From contig CALUGT010000015.1 of the NCBI GenBank assembly GCA_944320265.1, positions 3,194-67,193 of the forward strand: 64,000 nucleotides of DNA, written 5' to 3'. Shown in pieces: positions 56,604-64,000 of this stretch. Position numbers and translations under genes: made by a program. Numbering within the stretch: the stretch's first letter is position 1; every line of letters begins with the position of its first letter. A model generated the notes under the pieces. That model made no database searches. It had not been told where the DNA came from and saw only the letters and a program-made list of their open reading frames with translations. The DNA is from an uncultured Bacteroidales bacterium. GTDB lineage: Bacteria; Bacteroidota; Bacteroidia; Bacteroidales; P3.

Positions 56604-58286
56604 CTATTCCATCAGCTTCTTGTACTTGAACCGCTTCGGTTCCACATTCCCCAGACGTTTCTTCTTGTTCTCCTCGTACTCGGTATAGCCGCCTTCAAAG
56701 AAATACACCTGCCCGTCGCCTTCAAAGGCTAAAATATGGGTCGCGATGCGGTCCAGGAACCAGCGGTCGTGGGAAATGACCACCGCGCAGCCCGCAAAAG
56801 CTTCCAGACCTTCTTCCAAGGCGCGCAAGGTATTGACGTCAATATCGTTGGTCGGCTCGTCCAAGAGCAGCACATTGCCCTCGCTTTTCAACGCCAGAGC
56901 CAGGTGCATGCGGTTGCGTTCCCCGCCGGAAAGCACCCCGGCCTTCTTTCCCTGTTCAGTCCCGCTGAAATTGAAACGCGACACGTAGGCGCGGGAATTG
57001 ACCAGACGGCCGCCCAAATTAATTTGCTCGTTGCCCTCCGAAATCACTTCCCATACGGTCTTTTCCGGGTCGATAGTGGAATGCTGTTGGTCCACATAGC
57101 CCAACTTCACGGTCGGCCCTACTTCGAAAGTACCGTCATCGGGCTTCTCCAAGCCCATGATCATCCTGAAAAGCGTGGTCTTGCCAGCCCCGTTCGGCCC
57201 GATAACACCCACGATGCCTGCCGGAGGCAACTTGAAATTGAGGTCGTCGAACAGCACCTTGTCGCCATAAGCCTTGCGGACATGCACCGCCTCTATCACA
57301 TTGGTTCCCAAACGAGGCCCGTTGGGAATATAGATTTCCAAACGTTCCTCTTTCTGCTTGGTATCCTCGTTGAGCATCTTCTCGTAAGCGTTCAAACGGG
57401 CTTTCCCCTTGGCCTGACGCGCCTTGGGTGCCATATGAACCCATTCCAATTCGCGTTCCAAAGTCTTGCGGCGACGGGATTCCGCTTTTTCTTCTTGTTC
57501 CAGGCGCTTTGTCTTCTGTTCCAGCCACGAACTGTAATTGCCTTTCCAAGGGATGCCTTCGCCCCGGTCGAGTTCCAGAATCCACCCGGCAACGTTATCC
57601 AGGAAGTAACGGTCGTGGGTAACGGCAATCACCGTTCCCTTGTACTGCTGCAGATGGGCTTCCAGCCACTGGATGGACTCGGCATCCAAATGGTTGGTCG
57701 GCTCGTCAAGCAAAAGGATGTCCGGTTCCTGCAAAAGCAGGCGGCACAAGGCCACCCGGCGGCGTTCCCCTCCCGAAAGCGTGGCCACCGAAGCATCCGG
57801 TTCCGGGCAGTTGAGCGCGTCCATGGCACGTTCCAGCTTGGCATCGAGTTCCCAAGCATCGTGCTGGTCGAGCAATTCCGTCAATTCGCCTTGGCGTTCA
57901 ATGAGCTTGTTCATTTCCTCGTCGCTCATCGGCTCGGCAAACTTGTTGTTCACCTCTTCGTATTCCTTCATCAGGTCCACTACCTCCTGCACGCCTTCCT
58001 GGACTACTTCCTTGACGGTCTTGCTGTTGTCAAGTTCCGGCTCCTGAGCCAAATACCCCACGCTGTAACCCGGCGAGAAAGCCACGTCGCCTTGGTAGTT
58101 CTTGTCGATGCCGGCAATAATCTTGAGCAAGGTGGATTTCCCCGAACCGTTCAAACCGATAATCCCGATTTTGGCTCCATAGAAAAAAGAAAGCCAGATA
58201 TCTTTCAAAACCTGTTTGTTGGGCGGGTAAATCTTGCTCACCCGGTTCATCGAAAAAATAATTTTCGGTTGTTCTTCTGCTGCCAT
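56604..58286 (-). CDS. ettA: Energy-dependent translational throttle protein EttA (ABC-F)
   Basis: 560 aa with two ABC cassettes (GLNGSGKSTL / LSGGERRRVAL / LLLDEPTNHLD, and GPNGAGKTTL / LSGGERNRMHL / LLLDEPTNDID). The N-terminus IIFSMNRVSKIYPPNKQVLKDI is typical of EttA. Confidence 0.9.
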   Translation of the reverse strand: MAAEEQPKIIFSMNRVSKIYPPNKQVLKDIWLSFFYGAKIGIIGLNGSGKSTLLKIIAGIDKNYQGDVAFSPGYSVGYLAQEPELDNSKTVKEVVQEGVQEVVDLMKEYEEVNNKFAEPMSDEEMNKLIERQGELTELLDQHDAWELDAKLERAMDALNCPEPDASVATLSGGERRRVALCRLLLQEPDILLLDEPTNHLDAESIQWLEAHLQQYKGTVIAVTHDRYFLDNVAGWILELDRGEGIPWKGNYSSWLEQKTKRLEQEEKAESRRRKTLERELEWVHMAPKARQAKGKARLNAYEKMLNEDTKQKEERLEIYIPNGPRLGTNVIEAVHVRKAYGDKVLFDDLNFKLPPAGIVGVIGPNGAGKTTLFRMIMGLEKPDDGTFEVGPTVKLGYVDQQHSTIDPEKTVWEVISEGNEQINLGGRLVNSRAYVSRFNFSGTEQGKKAGVLSGGERNRMHLALALKSEGNVLLLDEPTNDIDVNTLRALEEGLEAFAGCAVVISHDRWFLDRIATHILAFEGDGQVYFFEGGYTEYEENKKKRLGNVEPKRFKYKKLME

Positions 58287-58575
58287 ATAGTTTTTCAGAT
58301 TTATCGTTGGATGCCCATTTTGTTGATGCCCATTTATCGAGGGAAGCCCAGCCGATGCCCATCCCTTGAAACTTCCATCCCGGAGCGATGTGTCATGAAA
58401 ATCTTATTTTGACACAGCTCCCCGCAGGCCGTGCAAAAGTACACTTTTTCCCTTTCTTCCCCCTTGCCGGCCCTCCCTGAAAGGAACAAAGGATTCCAGG
58501 ACAAAGACAAAGGAAGCCTGTCCTTTTGCAAACCCGCAAGTTCAAGCCTGCCGGAACTCCCGGGGAAAAGCCGTC

Positions 58576-59604
58576 TCATTCCTCCCTGCGGGCATACGCC
58601 TCCAGACGCTGGCGGATGTTCTCTTGCAGGTTCAAGAAATAAAGGTTTATTTCCTGCACATGGTAATTGCCCAAGGGGAAAAGCGAGGAAATGGAGGGTA
58701 TAAAATAGTCTTCATCCACCAAGCCGTCAATCAGAAGCGTATGCAAATCGGGGCGAACCTTCACGCCAAGCGCATGGAACAAGGTATCCGCCCTGCCCTG
58801 GGCATCGAAGAACACAGCCCCCGCATGCCGGGAAGACGGCGCGTAAACCGAATCCGTCCTCCAGTTCACCGGATTGATGCAAACCACATTGTCTTTGAAC
58901 AATTCCGAACAGGCCTCGGGGCGCGAAACCGAGTTGTAGCAAATCACCACGCCGCAGTCATCGGCAGCTTGCGCCGGTTCCAGTGCCGGGAATTCCGCCA
59001 GTTCGGCTTCGCTGACGGAATAGCCGAAAACGTATGCCGCCACCAGACGTTCCCGCTCGGCATCGGTAAGCGTATGCTTCAGCAACTCTATCACGGCCTT
59101 GCCGCCCTGGCTATGCCCGGCCAGGAAGAACGGCTTTCCCCCGTTGAAATGTTCCATGTAGTAACGGAACGCAGCCACCACATCCTGGTGCGCCAAAGCG
59201 TAACGCCGGTTTATCTCTTCTTCCGGCTCGAACCAGGAATCCATGGTAATCTGCCGGTAATAAGGGGAATAGAAATTGCAAAAAGGACTGAACAAGGCCG
59301 AAGCCAGAAGGTTCGAGCCTTCGACCAAGGCTCTTTGCGCGGAGTCGTGCACATCCATGTAGAAGCATTCCTGCCCGTCGGATGTCTTCCACGACCACAC
59401 GCAGGTAGGCAGCACATAAAACACGTCCGCCGGCTTCGAATCCGAAGAGGCGGAATCCGCAGGCCGGTACCACATGGAAGCAGAAGCGTAATCCGGCGCA
59501 TCCGGACAATATTCCGGAACATGATGGCTCGCGCAAGCTGCAAAGGCAAGGCAGAGAACCGGGACAAGAAACCGCCGGAAAGACATGATTCCACTCATAT
59601 TCAA
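58576..59604 (-). CDS. DUF3089-like alpha/beta hydrolase lipoprotein
   Basis: Lipoprotein signal (LCLAFAACASH) and nucleophile elbow FFLAGHSQGG. The segment YSPYYRQITM resembles DUF3089 family members. Confidence 0.65.
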   Translation of the reverse strand: MNMSGIMSFRRFLVPVLCLAFAACASHHVPEYCPDAPDYASASMWYRPADSASSDSKPADVFYVLPTCVWSWKTSDGQECFYMDVHDSAQRALVEGSNLLASALFSPFCNFYSPYYRQITMDSWFEPEEEINRRYALAHQDVVAAFRYYMEHFNGGKPFFLAGHSQGGKAVIELLKHTLTDAERERLVAAYVFGYSVSEAELAEFPALEPAQAADDCGVVICYNSVSRPEACSELFKDNVVCINPVNWRTDSVYAPSSRHAGAVFFDAQGRADTLFHALGVKVRPDLHTLLIDGLVDEDYFIPSISSLFPLGNYHVQEINLYFLNLQENIRQRLEAYARREE

Positions 59605-59980
59605 AGATATTCAACAAATTCAAAGATATTCCGCAAACACGCCGGGAAACCGGGAGCAAAGCTACGCTTTTTCCACCAGTACCCGGTATGCACGGGCAAA
59701 AAACAAAGGGTATCCCGGAATATTGTCCCAACCGTTTTTGTGAAAAAAGAAAAAGGAAGCAGATTGTCAAGATAAACCTTACCTAATCGCAGATACTCGA
59801 CCCGCACAAGCTGAGGTGCATCGGTTATTCGATCATTTGGAGAATCGGCATCGACAAACCATCCATTGCAATATCTTCCAAGGGATGTGCCCTTTAGTCA
59901 TAGATATAGGATTGTCCCTTTATCCTATCTTCAAACTTTCCCCAAACTCGCATTATACTTTTGCCGGAAAAGAGCTGAAC

Positions 59981-61272
59981 ATGAAACGTATAGCATTACT
60001 TCTGACATTTTCCGTTTGGGGCGTCATTGCATACGGACAAGGGCAAGAGCATTCTCTCTCTTATTACATGGAGGCTGCTAAACGGAACAGTCCGCTGCTG
60101 AATGATTACCGCAACCAGATGCAAATGGAACAGGATGAGTTGCAGCGGCTGAAAGCAATGTACCGTCATTCCCGGCTGGAGGTGAACGGGGATTATCTAT
60201 TTGTACCGATTGTATCCAAAGACGGAGGAAGGACTTCTTTCCAATGGAACGCACATAACGCCACGGATTATTATGGATATGACCTTGGCGAAAGCAGCGG
60301 ATTCCTACACGCAGGGGTAACCTGGACACAGCCTTTGCTGGGCAAGTCTTCCTACAAGGTGGCGCAGGAGCAGTCGCGGATAAACACAGAAATTATCCGC
60401 AATCACATCCGCTTGGAGGAGCATCAGCTGGAACGTACTGTTACGGAACAATACCTTCTTTGCCTTCTCGACCAGACTCAAGCGGCATTTGCGGATTCCG
60501 TAGGTGCGGTGCTCATGCGGCAAGAAGAAATAGTCGGGTGTCTGGTGAAAAACGGATTGACAAAGGAATCAGACCTGCAGCTGCTTGCCATTGAGCGGGA
60601 GGCCAACGAGGAATTGCGCCTTTCGTCCCTGCAATCTTACCATACACACCTGATGGACCTGAACCTGCTGTGCGCATTGAGGATACGGCAAACGTGGCTT
60701 TAGCAAATATCGGCGTGAAACAGCGCACACCTGATTTATATGACAGTAGTCTTTTCACTGAACAATATCGGTTGGACAGCCTGAACACTGTGGCATCGCT
60801 GCGTTCGTTCAATCTGCAATACAAGCCCCGACTGGACTTGTTTGTAAATGGCGGTATGCAAGTGAGCGACTATGCCGGATGGTACAGGCATTTCGGCATG
60901 AGCGCAGGGCTGACCTTCCGTTGGACGATATTCGATGGCAGACAGAAGCGGTGGAAGGAGCATCAGGCCGAGAGGCAGCAACAAAGCATACGGGCATATA
61001 AGGAAAATGCCGAATACCAAAGACAAATGCGTATCCGGCAATGCCTCTCCGAACTGGACAAGTATGACCAACGGGCAGTCGCCTTGGAGCGGCAGCTTGC
61101 CAGATATGACGAGGTTTTGTCAGCCTACGCCAAAGAAGTGGAAGCCGGGCAAATGTCCGTACTGGATTACATCACTGTCCTGCGCAACAAGATACAGGCA
61201 GAAAGGGATTGCCTTCTGCTCAACACAAACAGACAGCTTGTCGTGGCTACTTATAATTATTGGAATTATTAA
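59981..61272 (+). pseudogene. TolC-family outer membrane efflux protein, frameshifted
   Basis: The N-terminal ORF (MKRIALLLTFSVWGVIAYGQ..., 59981-60703) and the C-terminal ORF (60670-61272, ending YITVLRNKIQAERDCLLLNTNRQLVVATYNYWNY) are collinear halves of one OEP/TolC protein. They are in frames offset by one base near 60670-60680. Confidence 0.7.
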
Positions 61273-61283
61273 ACTGAAACGAT

Positions 61284-62165
61284 ATGAAGACGATACTCAT
61301 TTTATGGTTGGCATATCTTTGCCTGACCGCTTGTAGCGACGGGCAGACAGAACAGGCATCTGGAACCGAACCTGCCACGGAAGTAACCTTGACGCACCCT
61401 GTCCGTGGATGTATTCCACAAGAAACCGTCCTCATGGCTACCACATCCTATCAATGTAAAACGACCGTTACGTCCCCGATAGCGTCATTCGTCACGGATG
61501 TACAGGTGAAGCCCGGCACAAGGGTTCAGGCGGGGCAAATTCTTTACCGATTGGAGAGCAAGGAGCAACACGCATTGGGGATCAATGAAAACCTCATTGA
61601 CATAACAGCCGAAAGGGACGGTATTGTACTCGATGTGCAGGCCCAGCCAGGAAGCTACGCAGCGGAAGGCACAACGCTTTGCACCCTCGTTGACACGGCA
61701 AGCCTTGTGTTTGAAATAAACGTACCCTATGAGCAACGGGCGTATGCCAGGGCTGGAAGCCGTTGTACATTGGAACTTCCCGACGGCGCACACCTCACGG
61801 CCACCGTCCAATCCCCGTTGGCGGTGATGAACACCGCATCCCAATCGGAGCGGGTCGTAGCCATCGCCGAAGCGCCATTCCTTCCCGAAGGGATGAACGT
61901 GAAAGCCATCTTCACCTCCCGAAACATCTCAGCGGGAATAACCATATTGCCCAAGTCAGCCGTGCAGAGCGACGAAACGCTGGCGGAACATTGGGTGATG
62001 CGGCTCGCCAAGGATAGCACCGCCGCGAAAGTTCCGGTAAGCATCGGAAACAGCACAACAGACAGCATCGAAATCCTTTCGCCGATACTCTCGCCCAGAG
62101 AACTTATCGTTGCCACGGGAAGTTACGGGCTCACGGATGGAGCAAGGGTAACCATCATTCAATAA
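61284..62165 (+). CDS. Efflux transporter periplasmic adaptor subunit (HlyD/MFP family) lipoprotein
   Basis: Lipobox LCLTACSDG. Lipoyl/barrel-sandwich type segments (VKPGTRVQAGQILYRLES...ITAERDGIVLDVQAQPGSY). It lies immediately downstream of the TolC-like gene. Confidence 0.75.
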   Translation: MKTILILWLAYLCLTACSDGQTEQASGTEPATEVTLTHPVRGCIPQETVLMATTSYQCKTTVTSPIASFVTDVQVKPGTRVQAGQILYRLESKEQHALGINENLIDITAERDGIVLDVQAQPGSYAAEGTTLCTLVDTASLVFEINVPYEQRAYARAGSRCTLELPDGAHLTATVQSPLAVMNTASQSERVVAIAEAPFLPEGMNVKAIFTSRNISAGITILPKSAVQSDETLAEHWVMRLAKDSTAAKVPVSIGNSTTDSIEILSPILSPRELIVATGSYGLTDGARVTIIQ

Positions 62166-62451
62166 AGTACGACTATGGACAAGATGCAGCGACAAAGTTT
62201 CCACCAGCTTTACGCCAAACTGACTTATCATCGTAACTTCAATGAACATCTGAAACTGGATATCGGTTATGAACTGGATGCCTTACAGACCGATTGAATT
62301 TCCATGATTTCATTTTAGACGGAAATGAGTTTCTGTAAGGCCTGTTACAAACATAAAGCACAATCCCTCTTTTGTTTCATGTCACAGTACATTAGAATAG
62401 CGAGTTTGAATTACAAATTTCAGGTGTCTGGTGTTTATTTGCCGCGGCAAT

Positions 62452-63051
62452 TCATAATGCTCCCGAGAATGTTTTCACGGGGTCCCCACGCAAGAGTGTA
62501 GTATGCTTGCCCCATTTGGATGAGCGAAACAATGCTGCGGCAGAATCTTTTGCTTGCTGTAATTTCAGGAGAAGCAGATTGCGTGCCATTTCTTTGTTCT
62601 GCGACTGTGAGCGTTGGGTGCAGCACTTGACAGAAATCCCGGTTGGCAGATGAGTGGCACGGACTGCCGTCTCCACTTTGTTGACGTTCTGCCCACCGTG
62701 TCCGCCAGAACGCATCGTCTCGTAAACAATATCCTTGCCGGATACTTCCGGCAGTGCAATGGGCTCAATAAACTCCACACCGACAAACCAGTTCTTACGG
62801 GGATGACCGGGGCGGTAAGAATTCGAAGTCGCACGCCAGAGAACAGTACCGTTCCACTCTTGTTCCTTGGCAGGACTCGATTCTGCAAGAAACAGCATGG
62901 ACATATAGCAACCCGATTCAGTGTTGTGTGGTTCGCTTTCCACCAGTTCTGCATCCGGAAAATCCTTCAACAGTTCGCGGGCGACGAGCGCAACAGCACG
63001 GGCACACTCCACAGGTCCCCGTCCGGCTGTGAGTTGTATATACTTTTTCAT
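62452..63051 (-). CDS. prfH: Peptide chain release factor H
   Basis: 199 aa. [20 protein letters not shown]... and the GGQ motif context [25 protein letters not shown]. It lacks the codon-recognition domains of RF1/RF2. It has a 4-nt overlap with the upstream rtcB-like gene. Confidence 0.9.
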   Translation of the reverse strand: MKKYIQLTAGRGPVECARAVALVARELLKDFPDAELVESEPHNTESGCYMSMLFLAESSPAKEQEWNGTVLWRATSNSYRPGHPRKNWFVGVEFIEPIALPEVSGKDIVYETMRSGGHGGQNVNKVETAVRATHLPTGISVKCCTQRSQSQNKEMARNLLLLKLQQAKDSAAALFRSSKWGKHTTLLRGDPVKTFSGAL

Positions 63052-64000
63052 TGGGGAATATCTTTGATATTCAAGTGGGGTTTGACCATCGTGATGACTT
63101 CGGCTGTCGGCTCGATCAGACGCAATATTTCTTCCGTCGGCTTGTATGCCTGTGGCGATTCGTCAAGCGTACCGGAACATACCGACGTGGAGAATATGCC
63201 GTTCATTGACTTTTCAAACTCTTCCATCCCGATATTCTTCTTGGCGGCATTTCTTGACATGGCACGTCCTGCGCCATGCGGCGCGGAACAGTTCCATTCG
63301 GCATTTCCCTTACCCACACAGACGGCTATGCCATCGCGCATATTGAAAGGAAGACAAAACCGCTCACCCTCTCCAGCTTCAACTGCCCCCTTGCGCAGCA
63401 TGGGATATTCTTCGCAAACGGATATATAATTGTGCGTGGTGAATATGGATTCCGTGCATTTAGCCTTGCAGAGTTTTTTCAAGATTGCGAAGATACGGTC
63501 GCGGATAATATGGTGATTGTAGAGGGCATAGGCCTGAGCCACAACCATATCGGAGAGATAACCGTTAAGCGTATCGCCCCACAGATAGCCTATGAATCGC
63601 GCTCTTTTCGGATTCTGTGCGATGTTGTGCCAATGATTGGCCACTTTAACCCCCACGTTCCGTGAACCGCAATGTATGGTGAGCCATCCCTCATGTGCCT
63701 TATCATCCTCACCGTATTCGATGAAATGATTTCCTCCGCCAAGCGTGCCGAGACTTTTATAAAAGATGCTTTCCTGTAGCTTTATCCTGCGGCAAAAGTC
63801 CGAAACAAAGCGGGCGTCTATGCGTGGTGCTTCGTTAATCAGGTCGGGAACTGCTGAACGCGCTTTTTGATATTGTGAGTTTAGGAAGCGGAACAGCTCC
63901 TTTTCGTTCAGACTGTTTTTCTTGCAGATTTCCATACCGGTAGGGATAGCCTCACGTATTTTGTGGTCGAGCAAGGCGAAGTCTTCCGGTGCGACTGCGG
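63048..64000 (-). CDS. rtcB: RtcB-family RNA ligase, release-factor-H-coupled type (partial; N-terminus beyond the right edge)
   Basis: It contains [20 protein letters not shown] and [12 protein letters not shown], which are the metal/GTP-binding and catalytic His contexts of RtcB. The frame stays open to position 64000. Confidence 0.85.
   Translation of the reverse strand, partial: AVAPEDFALLDHKIREAIPTGMEICKKNSLNEKELFRFLNSQYQKARSAVPDLINEAPRIDARFVSDFCRRIKLQESIFYKSLGTLGGGNHFIEYGEDDKAHEGWLTIHCGSRNVGVKVANHWHNIAQNPKRARFIGYLWGDTLNGYLSDMVVAQAYALYNHHIIRDRIFAILKKLCKAKCTESIFTTHNYISVCEEYPMLRKGAVEAGEGERFCLPFNMRDGIAVCVGKGNAEWNCSAPHGAGRAMSRNAAKKNIGMEEFEKSMNGIFSTSVCSGTLDESPQAYKPTEEILRLIEPTAEVITMVKPHLNIKDIPQ

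Overview
The window reads as a Bacteroidales-type chromosome segment. Evidence is T9SS genes (porX, CTD-bearing cargo), a Bacteroides-style Arm/SAM-like integrase remnant, and lipoprotein signal peptides. From left to right:

- **1-3.9 kb:** the edge of a type I R-M island (hsdM, an XRE regulator, a Bro-N-like gene). It abuts a graveyard of mobile-element fragments: a truncated integrase, a DUF1016 fragment and an IS982 transposase fragment.
- **4.5-11.6 kb:** a lipoprotein/PepSY/ABC/DUF4857 operon, then ybaK and a CDF transporter.
- **11.6-28.7 kb, minus strand:** a complete type 1 BREX locus (brxA-brxB-brxC-pglX-pglZ-brxL). This is the most interesting part. It departs from the canonical layout in three ways:
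  - BrxL ends in a MITD1-like MIT_C (PLD-fold) domain instead of a Lon-protease-like domain.
  - pglX is split into two ORFs by a nested Schlafen/AlbA_2-HATPase_c_4 gene.
  - An ABC-like AAA ATPase plus an overlapping 180-aa ORF carrying an Rx4H motif sits between pglX and pglZ.
- **28.9-64 kb:** mostly housekeeping and envelope genes. These are a T9SS cargo protein, lnt, a sigma-54 response regulator, porX, tsaE, aroB, aroA, a hybrid sensor kinase, osmC-like, glgB, lepA, ettA and DUF3089. A prfH-rtcB ribosome rescue/repair pair runs off the right edge.
- **Decayed genes in the same stretch:** a two-fold MITE-disrupted C25/PorU-like peptidase, a frameshifted TolC, and a truncated primase-helicase-type conflict gene.
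- **Repeats:**
  - A dense family of about 193-195 bp MITEs has 19-bp terminal inverted repeats and 5-bp A/T-rich target duplications. There are six full copies, one mini copy and two solo ends.
  - A second MITE-like repeat (R2) is present in two copies.
  - A 77-bp tandem repeat lies upstream of lepA.

All functional calls come from reading motifs in the supplied translations. No database search was run.
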